Shown here: positions 21,812 through 31,386 of the stretch, in pieces
Numbering within the stretch: position 1 is the stretch's first letter
Layout of the letters: every line of letters starts with the position of its first letter
From: Verrucomicrobiota bacterium
Lineage (GTDB): Bacteria > Verrucomicrobiota > Verrucomicrobiia > Limisphaerales > AAA164-E04
Assembly (NCBI GenBank): GCA_047947115.1
Contig: CP170459.1
Location: 1,696,001 to 1,760,000, forward strand
Reading direction: 5' to 3'
DNA: 64,000 nt
Position numbers and translations under genes: made by a program
Notes under the pieces: model-generated
Told to the model about the DNA's origin: nothing
The model's input: the letters and a program-made list of their open reading frames with translations, nothing else
Database searches by the model: none

Positions 21812-22116
21812 GAGCGCCATTCAATGGCCGCAGTTTGACGGTGAGTCTCCTGTTGCTAGTGGCAGGGGTGGGTGTCTGGATTCCATGGATAAAATATGGA
21901 TACTCACCTACTATGATTCACTTTGTTGGCATGCTGACCACTGGCTGCATCTATTTTGCTTTTTGGACTGTTGGTTTAGTAAGTCTGATTCGTGATTCTG
22001 ATCGTGGATATGTGGGCTGGAAGTTGCAGATTGCAAGCGTTGTTTACCTGTTAGCATTCATCGTTCCGGCTGGCATGATCATCATCATAGTGAGGGCAAT
22101 GTTGATGGGCATTTGA
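21808..22116 (+). CDS. Small membrane protein (about 3 TM helices)
   Basis: Three hydrophobic stretches. ATGA overlap with the upstream gene. Confidence 0.65.
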   Translation: MRAPFNGRSLTVSLLLLVAGVGVWIPWIKYGYSPTMIHFVGMLTTGCIYFAFWTVGLVSLIRDSDRGYVGWKLQIASVVYLLAFIVPAGMIIIIVRAMLMGI

Positions 22117-22280
22117 CCGTATTTGAGGTTCAAAAATTTGGCATTTATTTGGTTTCCTTGCCTGGAACTTCACTGGATTGCCCGGTATTGCAGATTCCAG
22201 AAGCATGGCTAATCCGTCACCTTAAACGCATCTAACAACCTGGTAAAAAGTGGGATAAATAGGCGAAAAACGGGAGGATT

Positions 22281-22328
22281 TGGTGGAGCCATGGTGAGTC
22301 GAACCCCAGACCTTCTCATTACGAATGG
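22281..22328 (-). other. Degenerate tRNA 3' half (att-site-like remnant)
   Basis: Minus strand CCATTCGTAATGAGAAGGTCTGGGGTTCGACTCACCATGGCTCCACCA has an anticodon arm, a GGTTCGA T-loop and a ...CCACCA end, but no 5' half. Confidence 0.75.
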
Positions 22329-22487
22329 GAAGGCATTGAGGAGGAGTGTGATTTTTGATATCTTCCTGTGCAGGCCGGACTTTGATAGTGGGTCTGGTTT
22401 CCTGCAGCCGGAATTACAGGAACGTGTGAGCACTGGATACTCATAGCTTTTCGTGACAAGCAAGAAGGTCTCTGCTAGGAGTTTGGT

Positions 22488-25175
22488 GTGAATCAGATGA
22501 TGAACATTCAAATCCTCCCCTTGAGTGTGGCGCTCTTTATGGGGACGGTATGTTTTATTGCTGCCGAGGATAATGATCGTTTTGATCAACTCAAGTTGGA
22601 GGGAGCTCGGCGTTCAACGTTGGTGGATCAAAGCTTCAAATTGGAAGGGGATCTGGTTCCGAAACCTCAGTTAGATGCCTTTCGAGACGACATACTTCCG
22701 GTTCTGAATCAACATTGCGTTCCTTGTCATGGTCCCGACAAATCCAAGGGGCGGTTTCGAATCGATACTTTGGATCCGAATCTTCTGGAAGGGAATGATG
22801 TGGATTGGTGGCTGGATGTTCAGGCTGCATTGGCGAATGGTGAAATGCCGCCTCCCGAAGAGTCCGAATTGTCAGGGGAGGATCGAGGGAAGGTCATGGA
22901 ATGGTTTGCCAATGAAATCAGGACAGCTTCAGTCGTCCGAAGGGCCACCGGGGGCCATTCGTCATTTCGGCGCATGACGCGTTATGAATACAATTACGCC
23001 CTGCAGGATCTGCTGGGGTTGCCTTGGGAGTTTGCCAGGGATCTGCCGCCTGAGGCTCATTCTGAGGATGGATTCCAAAACAGTTCGGACATCCTTCATG
23101 TGTCCGTTGTTCAATTGGAAGCGTATCGACGACTGGCGAGGGAGGCTCTGATGCGCGCCACGGTTCATGGTTCGCAACCATCCGCACTTTACTGGGGTGT
23201 CTCCATGAAGGAGGCCAGTCGTGAGAAATGGGAGGAACAGGAAGCGAAACTCGAGAAGGTGCGATCTGATTTCAAGGATAATCCTGAACAGTTGAAGCTG
23301 GAGACCGAAAAACTGCTTAACGAATTCAAACGCCCTCATTGGGGTGCCTACTACAAAGATTTGACAACGGGTCGGATTGCACAGCATTCCTGGAATTATG
23401 GCGGAGCAAAATATGCGATTAAACCCTCGGATACGCGTGCAGATTTTCCCGATTCCTTTGAACACGTCGCGATTCTTCCTCCCGGGGTAAACCGAAGTCA
23501 AAAGTTGGTGGTGGAGTTGGGGAATCTATTGCCCGATGAAGGGATGATGCGTGTTCGGGTGCGGGCTTCGAGATCACCGAAGGACTTGAAGCGTGATCCG
23601 AGCATGCAGCTTGAATTCGGATGGCAGGCCAGCAATGAAGGGCGTGCGCTGATGAAGGTGAGTGAAGAGGACATTCTGGTGACCGCTTCACCGGAATCCC
23701 CTCAGATCTATCAATGGGACATTCCTCTCGGTGATATCTATCCGCGTAATTCAGTGCGCAAAACCTCGCCCATGGGTTCAATGCCCAGCCCCTCCGAGCA
23801 CATTCGTCTGGTCAATAGTTCGGTTTCAGAGGGGGAAATTCAATTGGATTATGTGGAGGTGATCGCCCCTGTTTACGATGAATGGCCACCCGCGTCGCAC
23901 AAACGCATTTTTTTCGATAGCCCGAACCGGGAAGATGAACCGGTGTATGCGAAAGAAATCCTGACCGCATTCATCCCGCGCGCCTGGCGTCGTCCTGTCA
24001 GTGGGGATGAGTTGGATCGTAAGCTACGGTTGTTCCACTCCATGCGGGATACATGTGAGACATTCGAGGAAGCGATGGTCGAAGTGTTGGCGACGGTTTT
24101 GGCTTCGCCCCATTTTCTGTATGTCGCCCGGGAGGAGGAGAGCGGGTTTGCCGATCAATCATCAGGTGTTCAGCCTTTGACCGACCATGAATTGGCCACT
24201 CGTTTGTCTTTGTTTTTATGGTGCAGTGTGCCCGATGAACGCTTGCTGAATCTGGCGGATCGCGGTGTGTTGCACCAACCTGAAATGTTGACCGGGGAGG
24301 TGCAACGGATGTTGAAGGATCCGCGTTCAAACCGCTTTGCCAAACATTTCGTGCGGCAGTGGCTCGATATGCAGCTGTTGGATTTTGTGAACCCCAAAAA
24401 TGGGATGGGAGACGAACTGAAGGAAGCCATGCATCAGGAACCGATTCTCTTTTTCCAGGAAGTGTTAAAGGGGAATGAGTCGATACTTCAATTCATTCAT
24501 GCCGACTATACCATGGTTAATGAGCGACTCGCTGGTCACTATGGATTGGTTGGTGTTTACGGGAATCATTTTCGACGTGTCGCGCTTGAACCTGCTCATC
24601 GGCGTGGCGGCTTGATGACTCAGGCTGGATTGCTGGCAATGAATGCAAGTGGCATGGATTCCAATCCTCTCAAGCGTGGGATTTGGATGTTGGAAAGCCT
24701 TCTCAATGATCCTCCGCCTCCGCCACCTCCGGCGGTTCCCCAGATTGATCTGGCGGATCCCGAAATTGCGAAGATGACCTTGAAGGAACGCATTGCGGAT
24801 CATCGTAACCATCCTGCCTGTATGTCCTGTCATTCGAAGATTGATCCCTGGGGAATTGCGTTCGAAAACTTTGATGCACTCGGTAAATGGCGTGAAGAAA
24901 TCAACGGGAAGCCCGTTGACGCCACCAGTCGTCTGTTCAATAATGAACGCTTGGATGGCATGGACGGGTTGAAACGCTTTTTGTTGGAACGCCGCCAAGA
25001 TCAGTTTGTACTCGCGGTGACGCACAAGATGTGTGTTTACGCGTTGGGACGTCCGCTGAGTTTCTCCGATCATTCCAGCGTGCAGGAGATAGCCTCCAAG
25101 GTGCGCCGGAAAGGGGATGGGTTGGCCACGCTGGTGCAGCAAGTGGTTGTGAGTTCTTTATTCTTATCAAAATGA
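22488..25175 (+). CDS. Planctomycete-type cytochrome c / DUF1587-DUF1592-DUF1595-DUF1588-DUF1585 protein
   Basis: CVPCH and CMSCH heme motifs, 'RRMTRYEYNYALQDL', 'RAWRRP', 'ELATRLSLFLW.S.PD', 'RGGLMTQA', 'PPPPPP', 'YALGR'. Confidence 0.92.
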   Translation: MNQMMNIQILPLSVALFMGTVCFIAAEDNDRFDQLKLEGARRSTLVDQSFKLEGDLVPKPQLDAFRDDILPVLNQHCVPCHGPDKSKGRFRIDTLDPNLLEGNDVDWWLDVQAALANGEMPPPEESELSGEDRGKVMEWFANEIRTASVVRRATGGHSSFRRMTRYEYNYALQDLLGLPWEFARDLPPEAHSEDGFQNSSDILHVSVVQLEAYRRLAREALMRATVHGSQPSALYWGVSMKEASREKWEEQEAKLEKVRSDFKDNPEQLKLETEKLLNEFKRPHWGAYYKDLTTGRIAQHSWNYGGAKYAIKPSDTRADFPDSFEHVAILPPGVNRSQKLVVELGNLLPDEGMMRVRVRASRSPKDLKRDPSMQLEFGWQASNEGRALMKVSEEDILVTASPESPQIYQWDIPLGDIYPRNSVRKTSPMGSMPSPSEHIRLVNSSVSEGEIQLDYVEVIAPVYDEWPPASHKRIFFDSPNREDEPVYAKEILTAFIPRAWRRPVSGDELDRKLRLFHSMRDTCETFEEAMVEVLATVLASPHFLYVAREEESGFADQSSGVQPLTDHELATRLSLFLWCSVPDERLLNLADRGVLHQPEMLTGEVQRMLKDPRSNRFAKHFVRQWLDMQLLDFVNPKNGMGDELKEAMHQEPILFFQEVLKGNESILQFIHADYTMVNERLAGHYGLVGVYGNHFRRVALEPAHRRGGLMTQAGLLAMNASGMDSNPLKRGIWMLESLLNDPPPPPPPAVPQIDLADPEIAKMTLKERIADHRNHPACMSCHSKIDPWGIAFENFDALGKWREEINGKPVDATSRLFNNERLDGMDGLKRFLLERRQDQFVLAVTHKMCVYALGRPLSFSDHSSVQEIASKVRRKGDGLATLVQQVVVSSLFLSK

Positions 25176-26590
25176 AACCGATGCAATACTTGAGTCTGAA
25201 ATCCCTGGACCGTCGACGTTTCCTTCGTGGAACGAGCTGGGCCCTGGCGCTGCCGTTTTTCGAATCCTTCGCCGGTTCATTGGCCAAAGGTGAAGGCACA
25301 GGGAATAAGCCCAGGCGCCTGGGATGTTTTTACTTCCCGGACGGAGTCCCCATGCCGCTGCCGGAAGATCCCGCCTATCAGGATTGGGCATGGTTTCCGC
25401 ACGGCAATGGGAGCGATTTTACCTTCACCAAATGCATGGAACCGCTTCAGTCCTTGCGGTCCGAATTGACGGTGATATCCGGCTTGTCACATCCCGCCGG
25501 TCGCAACGTGCATGGACACAACAATGCGGATCAATTCCTGACCGCCGCGGCCACCGGGACAGGGGACATGGATTATCAAAACACCATTTCTCTGGATCAA
25601 TTCTATGCAGACCATGTCGGTGATCAGACGCGGTTTGCTTCTCTGGTGATGTCCACCGATGGGGGGACTGGGACGGCTCGAGGGGCTCATACGATTTCGT
25701 TCAATCGGCAGGGGCGCGCCGTGCCGGCCGAGAATCGTCCCAAGCGTATTTTTGACATGCTGTTTGTCAAAGATGACACCGACGCAGCACGACGACTCGC
25801 CTTAAGTCAAAACGCGTTGGACGACCTGCTGGAGGACGCCCGTCAACTGCGCAGAAAGCTTTCGAAGCATGATCAGGGTAGTCTGGATGAATACCTGCAG
25901 TCTGTTCGTGAAGCTGAACTCAGAGTTCAAAAGGCAAAACAGTGGATCAACACGCCGCTTCCAACGGTCAATGTGGATCACATGAATCTGGAGATCTCAC
26001 CGGATCAGCCGCGTGAATATTTGCAGACCATGTTCGAACTGATCTTCCTGGCATTCAAAACGGATTCCACCCGTGTGGCGACGTATCAGATCGGGCGTGA
26101 GAACGGGGTGGGCATCAGTGATCATCTATCCCGTGCCATAGGTTTTCCGGCAGCGCACCAATTGTCGCATGAGACCAAGCAACCGGATGGATGGAAGAAT
26201 TTTGGAACCTATTGTCGTTTCCTGCATGAATTGTATGGACAGTTCATTACACGACTTCAACAAACCGCCGAGCCTGCCGGAGAAGGATCGATGCTGGACA
26301 ATACCCTGTTGCTTTTTGGATCCGCCTCCAGCGCGTTTCATTTGTCGCGCAACTATCCATTGATTCTGGCCGGCGGACGCAACATGGGCTTGGAACATGG
26401 GCGCTATCTCAACCACGCCGGTGCCGAAGCTTACCGTGGCGGTTGGAAACCGGGAGATCCTGAGCCCTGGACAAAGAAAGCAACTCAGGAGGATCGGCCA
26501 CTATCCAATCTATTCGTTTCCATGCTGCAGCGTCTAGGTGTCGAGTCGGATTCGTTTGCTGACAGCACCGGTAAACTGGATGCGGTTTGA
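25172..26590 (+). CDS. DUF1552 (HXXSHH-type) protein, Tat-like signal
   Basis: 'LDRRRFLRG..ALALPFFES', 'YFPDGV', 'LDEYL.SVRE.E', 'AFKTDSTRVAT', 'HQLSH', 'SMLDNT', 'FADSTG'. ATGA overlap with the upstream gene. Confidence 0.92.
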   Translation: MKPMQYLSLKSLDRRRFLRGTSWALALPFFESFAGSLAKGEGTGNKPRRLGCFYFPDGVPMPLPEDPAYQDWAWFPHGNGSDFTFTKCMEPLQSLRSELTVISGLSHPAGRNVHGHNNADQFLTAAATGTGDMDYQNTISLDQFYADHVGDQTRFASLVMSTDGGTGTARGAHTISFNRQGRAVPAENRPKRIFDMLFVKDDTDAARRLALSQNALDDLLEDARQLRRKLSKHDQGSLDEYLQSVREAELRVQKAKQWINTPLPTVNVDHMNLEISPDQPREYLQTMFELIFLAFKTDSTRVATYQIGRENGVGISDHLSRAIGFPAAHQLSHETKQPDGWKNFGTYCRFLHELYGQFITRLQQTAEPAGEGSMLDNTLLLFGSASSAFHLSRNYPLILAGGRNMGLEHGRYLNHAGAEAYRGGWKPGDPEPWTKKATQEDRPLSNLFVSMLQRLGVESDSFADSTGKLDAV

Positions 26591-26615
26591 GGGACGCCAA
26601 ATTTAGGAGTATTCA

Positions 26616-27683
26616 ATGGTGAGTACAAGTTTTTGTCAGCCACGGAAATCGGCCAACAAATCGCTTAACCGTATCCATTATGGGATCGTGCTGGTGGTAG
26701 TATGCTTTCTGCTGTCGGATTCGCGTGTGAGTGCCCAGCGGGGATCAAATCAAATCGGCGGCGTCCCATGTGAACACGTGCTCGCTCAAATGGGGGCAAA
26801 GATGGAATCGGGGCTTCAATACCTTGATCATTTGGACTATATACGGCATTTCGATCGAGTTGACACGAACCACGACGGGCGTCATTCACCAAAGGAGTAT
26901 ATCGACAACGGATTCCACATGAATGCCATGGCTCGTCGCGGCATTTTCAATGCCGCCGATGAAGACCGGGATGGATTCGTGTCCAGGGATGAATATGTGT
27001 TGAATCGCGTGATTACCGACGAGGCCAAGAGGATTGTTCAAGCCATGGATGAAGATCGGGACGGATTCATCAGTCAAAACGAATTCCTTTCACGTACCGA
27101 TTCGGTGTTGGGCGAGAGTTTGGCGAAGGAAGTATTCGATGCTTTCGACCTGAATGAAAATGGTTCCTTGATGATTCCCGAGTATTTGAGGGTGTGGGGC
27201 TTTTGGGCGCGCTCGGGAAAACCATCTGCCAAGCAACGATTGGGCGCATTGCGCGAAGCGGAACTGGATGACTATTGGGCCGAGGTTTCAAGATCGGTAA
27301 AAGAGGGCGATTTCGAGGGGTATGCCGCGACATGTCATCCCGAGGGTGTGTTGGTCTCTGGCAGTTCCCAATCCAGCTATCCATTGAGCCGAGCCTTGGC
27401 ACGGTGGAAACAAGGAATTCTGGACACCAAGTCAGGTAAGATGAAAGCGTCCGTTGAGTTCCGGTTCAGCCATCGTGTTGGGGATGTGACCACGGCTCAC
27501 GAGACCGGGATTTTTCGATATGCATCCGAAGTCGACGGGGCAAAGTCGGTGGCCTTTATTCACTTTGAAGCCTTGTTGACGAGGGGGCAGGATCGCTGGT
27601 TGATCTTGATGGAGAATCAGAAGGCCCCAGCTTCTGAAGATGACTGGAAGGCGCTGGGACCCTTTGATCAAGCCGAACGTTGA
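26616..27683 (+). CDS. EF-hand repeat protein fused to a SnoaL/NTF2-like domain
   Basis: Four DxN/DxDG loops (DTNHDG, DEDRDG x2, DLNENG). C-terminal 'YWAEVSRSVKEGDFEGYAATCHPEGVLV...HETGIF...FEALL'. Confidence 0.75.
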   Translation: MVSTSFCQPRKSANKSLNRIHYGIVLVVVCFLLSDSRVSAQRGSNQIGGVPCEHVLAQMGAKMESGLQYLDHLDYIRHFDRVDTNHDGRHSPKEYIDNGFHMNAMARRGIFNAADEDRDGFVSRDEYVLNRVITDEAKRIVQAMDEDRDGFISQNEFLSRTDSVLGESLAKEVFDAFDLNENGSLMIPEYLRVWGFWARSGKPSAKQRLGALREAELDDYWAEVSRSVKEGDFEGYAATCHPEGVLVSGSSQSSYPLSRALARWKQGILDTKSGKMKASVEFRFSHRVGDVTTAHETGIFRYASEVDGAKSVAFIHFEALLTRGQDRWLILMENQKAPASEDDWKALGPFDQAER

Positions 27684-27723
27684 ACATGACTCCTCATAAA
27701 ACTGCCAAGCTTTTGTCCTTTCA

Positions 27724-28497
27724 ATGATTTTCGAGTTTTTCAAACGGCGTCGCAGGAGGAAAATCCTTTCCAAGCCCTTCCCTGAATCTCAGCTCAAGAT
27801 TTTGGAAGGTCAGTTTCCGTTGTATCAAAAGCTGCCCGCCGACGCCCAGACCAGGTTGAAGGATTTGGTTCAGGTATTTCTTGCTGAAAAAAATTTTGAA
27901 GGATGCCGTGGGTTTGAGCTTTCGGAGGAAGTTCCGGTTCTGATTGCTGCGCAGGCTTGCTTGCTTTTGATTGGGAATCCTGATCGTGAGTATTCCAAGT
28001 TGAAATCCATTCTGGTTTATCCACGCTCCTATGCGGCTGCGTCGGAACAGATTTCTGAAGGAGGCATTGTGACGGTATCCAATCATGAGGTGCTCGGGCA
28101 ATCCTGGGAGCAGGGACTTGTCTCGCTTTCCTGGGAATCCACAAAGCATGGGGCTGCCAACATGCATGATGGACGTAACGTCGTGATTCATGAGTTTGCC
28201 CATCAACTGGATCAGGAGGATGGTATTGCAAATGGACTGCCGGTATTGCGTTCGCGTTGCAGGTATGCCGCCTGGAAATCAGTTCTTAGTGAGGAATACG
28301 AACGGTTACAGGATCGTGTGGAGAAGGGGCGAAAAGCCATCATGGACGTATATGGCGCAACGCATCCGGCAGAGTTCTTCGCTGTGGCTTCGGAATGCTT
28401 TTTTGAAAAATCCAAACAGCTGAAACATCATCGGCCAGAACTTTATCGGGAACTTCAAATATTCTACGGTCAAGATCCGGTGGAGTATCACAGGTAG
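27724..28497 (+). CDS. mtfA: M90 zinc-dependent peptidase (MtfA family)
   Basis: 'IAAQACL', 'ILVYP', 'DGRNVVIHEFAHQLD', 'YGATHPAEFFAVASECFFE'. Confidence 0.92.
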   Translation: MIFEFFKRRRRRKILSKPFPESQLKILEGQFPLYQKLPADAQTRLKDLVQVFLAEKNFEGCRGFELSEEVPVLIAAQACLLLIGNPDREYSKLKSILVYPRSYAAASEQISEGGIVTVSNHEVLGQSWEQGLVSLSWESTKHGAANMHDGRNVVIHEFAHQLDQEDGIANGLPVLRSRCRYAAWKSVLSEEYERLQDRVEKGRKAIMDVYGATHPAEFFAVASECFFEKSKQLKHHRPELYRELQIFYGQDPVEYHR

Positions 28498-28760
28498 ATC
28501 GGATCGTCTTGTTGTATCCCGGAGTAATTGAGATGTATTTTGACAGGATGAACAGGATTGACAGGATGGTTTTTGGGGGAAGGATCATGTGCCGAGAAGT
28601 TCGCCACTCAATAGGTAGATAGATCGTTTCGATCCCCTTCGAGGGCGCAGGACAGGGCGGTCAGTGGTTGGCCGTTTAATGGCTTCCCAAAACGGTTGGC
28701 ATATGAGGTTATGGATACCACAAGGGGGCGCGTCGAGACGACCCGCGCTACCTCACTGAA

Positions 28761-28797
28761 AATTCACCATTCACCATTCCAAATTCACCATTCAAAA
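28761..28797. repeat. Heptamer tandem repeat (ATTCACC-like)
   Basis: aattcaccattcaccattccaaattcaccattcaaaa. Confidence 0.6.
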
Positions 28798-28824
28798 AGC
28801 CCACTCGTGAGAGTGGGCTTTTTG
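28793..28824. terminator. Bidirectional Rho-independent terminator
   Basis: caaaaagcccactc-gtga-gagtgggctttttg between convergent genes. Confidence 0.9.
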
Positions 28825-28853
28825 TTTTGTTGGAGATGGTTTGATTTTTTTTT

Positions 28854-30641
28854 TCAGAATCGCCCGATGACCATCTTGCGATCCTGCTGCCACTTCAAAC
28901 GATTGTGCAAACTGGAGATCCAACTGCTTGTTGAAGTGATCGGATCCGAGCTGGGCAAGGACCATGTGTGTCCCACGATGGCTCCGTTGTCATCGATCAA
29001 TACCCCGATGGTTCCGGTTCCGATGCCTTCCAATTCTACACCGTTCATTTCCCTTGTGTCATTGCTGTGTGGGTTGGAGGTGGAATCCAACACTTGGACA
29101 GGAACATACCAGGTGCCTGCCAAGTTGGGATTCGCATCTTGATGGGTTGCGGGATATTCAACTGCCGCGCTCCAATCAATCGCATTGATCAGCATGGTGT
29201 GCCCCGACCAACTGGAGATATAGCGGATAGCTATCACGTCGCCAGCATAGGCATCGGTGAAGGCGTGGATCTGGCTCGAGAATCCTGCCTGCTGCTCAAT
29301 CAAGTCCACATACTGAGTGGAACCTGGACTGGATGTTTTACGCACTTCATTCTTTTTCGTATCGAAGAATTCGTAATCTCTCCAGGAATGTCCATAGGCT
29401 TCCTGTAACAGCAAGCTGAGCAAGGTCGTGCCTTTGGTGTTGTTCATCGGCAGGATGCCATTTGCTTCATCCGCAAATTGGATCATGGCTGGATTGGAAC
29501 TGCTACCCCAACTTCCGCCGTTGCGATTGATGTCGGTTCCGTCTTGATCGACAAAGACGCCGGCTGCCTGGATTGTCAGGATTTGGTCCAACAAGGTTCT
29601 TCCCAAGACCATGAATGAAGGAACTTCACCTGTGGTTGGTTCTGGATCTTCCGCGGTGGTGTTTGAGTCCACGACATCGTTGTTCGCTGTGGCTTCACTA
29701 GTGCCGGAGTTTGTGCCTGATGTGACGTCGTCCATGTTATTGCTCTGCGATGGTGCCAGATCCAATCGGCCGATCACCAATTCATCTACATCCATCAAAT
29801 TGATTTTTCCATTCAAGCTTGAGACCCAGGATGCCGTTTCAGAGGCGTAATCCGCTGATGGAAGACTCCATGTGTGACCGATGATGGTGCCGTTGGGATC
29901 CGTCAACAGTCCCATGGTTCCGACACCGGCCCCGTGGGTTTCATGCAAGAAGCCGTTTTATTCCACCAAACGCGTGTCATAGCTGTGATAGCCATTTGAA
30001 CTGTCCAAAACATCGACTTCGTAATAGATGGTTCCGGCCAGATGGTTCAACGATGCGAGCTGATTCGAATCATAGGGCATGGGCTGACCAATCAAGACCT
30101 CCTTGATGATCCAAACATGTCCCGAGGTGTCCCCGACTTCGCGTTTAACCATGATATCGCCTGGTTGCACGTCTTGGATCTGAAAGATTTGATCCTTGAA
30201 TCCAACCTGTTGTTTCACGAGTTCCATGTAACGATGAGCGTTGGGACTGGCGGTCGTCACGTTTTTCCCGACGTTCGGGTCATAGAACTGATAGTTGCTC
30301 CAGTTCCAATTGAAGGAGTGGTTCAACAATTTGGTGACAAAGTTTCCGCAGACACTGTTGTTTTTGGGAAGGATGTTCTGGTTGTGATCACCCACTTCGA
30401 CAATCAAGTCGTTGTTCCAGCTGCCGCCATATTGATTCAGGGGAACCATGTTGTCGTCGGTGAACTGACCTGCTGTTTGGTGAATGAGCAAGTGTTCCAC
30501 CAGTTCCAATCCCATGTCGAGATGATCGGTCGTTCCGGCTTGGGCTCCGAGTGATGCCGCTCCCGTGATGCCTGCCCAGATGGTGCAGGTAAGCAATTTG
30601 AAGGTTGATTTCATAGCGTTGTTTTTGATGTCCGGTTTCAT
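28854..30641 (-). pseudogene. Secreted protein with two tandem papain/NlpC-P60-like domains, interrupted by in-frame TAA at 29958-29960
   Basis: ORFs 29958..30641 and 28854..29948 are in the same frame (..RLVE*NGFLHETHG..). Both halves share GGSW, GD, SGH, VLDS..H..DTR and GHTWSLPS blocks. Confidence 0.75.
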
Positions 30642-30686
30642 GTTTTGTGCTTTCTATGCGGAGAAATTCCGTATGATCACCCTTGT

Positions 30687-30702
30687 TGCAACCGGCGTGC
30701 CA
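30687..30702 (-). promoter_or_regulatory. sigma54 (-24/-12) promoter
   Basis: Minus strand TGGCACGCCGGTTGCA matches TGGCAC-N5-TTGCA exactly, ~45 bp upstream of the 30641 start. Confidence 0.85.
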
Positions 30703-30828
30703 AGTGCGTGAAAGCGCGTCGTGCGAAAGGTGGGTGATCGGTGAAAACCCGCATGAACAAAGGGGAAAGATAGATTGTAAAAAATTTACTTTCTTAAACG
30801 CGGATTGTGGCATGGGTTTATGCCGGGT

Positions 30829-30873
30829 CTATGCGGATACTGCGCTCATCCGCATAGAAACCCTATGCGTAAT
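30829..30873. promoter_or_regulatory. Candidate upstream activator sequence
   Basis: Perfect inverted repeat CTATGCGGAT-N9-ATCCGCATAG plus an extra half-site CTATGCGTA, ~130-170 bp upstream of the -24 box. Confidence 0.6.
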
Positions 30874-30896
30874 CCAGATGGAGAACAGTTCAACAT

Positions 30897-31301
30897 GTAG
30901 CCATCCACGTAAGAAGTAGCCGCCTTCGCAAGAAGTAGCCATCCTCGTAAGAAGTAGCCGCCTTCGCAAGAAGGTGGATCCCAGCATGGAGGTGAGTTGT
31001 CTGGTCAATGCTCTATCTGGTAGGGGCGCGATGCAGCGCGACCGGTGGCGGGGACGCTCAACGCGATGAGTTTTTCGAATACCCAAACGCGCCCACGGCC
31101 AAGCGGCAGCTTGGCCCTACCCGGTCAAGGGTCTGCTGATGTGGGAGGTGTGTTGAGAGTTTGTATGCGTATGTCCACCTTCTGGCAAAGGCGGCTACTT
31201 GAAAGTGTAGCCGCGTTTTCAAAAACGTGGTACTCGACATCATGAATGGGTGGCTCAACGCGTTAGGTTTGCAGGCTCCACCTTCTGGTGAAGGCGGCTA
31301 C
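30897..31301. repeat. Cluster of GTAG-type REP sequences (family B, GTAGCCGCCTTCGC(C/A)AGAAGGTGG)
   Basis: Four 19-bp tandem units at 30897-30977, inverted copies at 31175-31198 and 31278-31301, a variant at 31207-31230, and another copy at 37123-37146. Confidence 0.85.
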
Positions 31302-31386
31302 TTGGGTGGGGCGGTGCTTAGGGTATGCGGATGTTATGCGGAGGTTGTGTGGACTATGAAGAGGGTGTGCGCATAGAGTTGGGAAT

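Noticed and set aside
22281..22328. Functional tRNA-Thr(CGT)
   Set aside because: The 5' half is missing and the T-stem is mismatched.
30897..30977. Mini-CRISPR or iterons
   Set aside because: The 19-bp units abut with no spacers and are truncated versions of the dispersed REP; no rep gene nearby.
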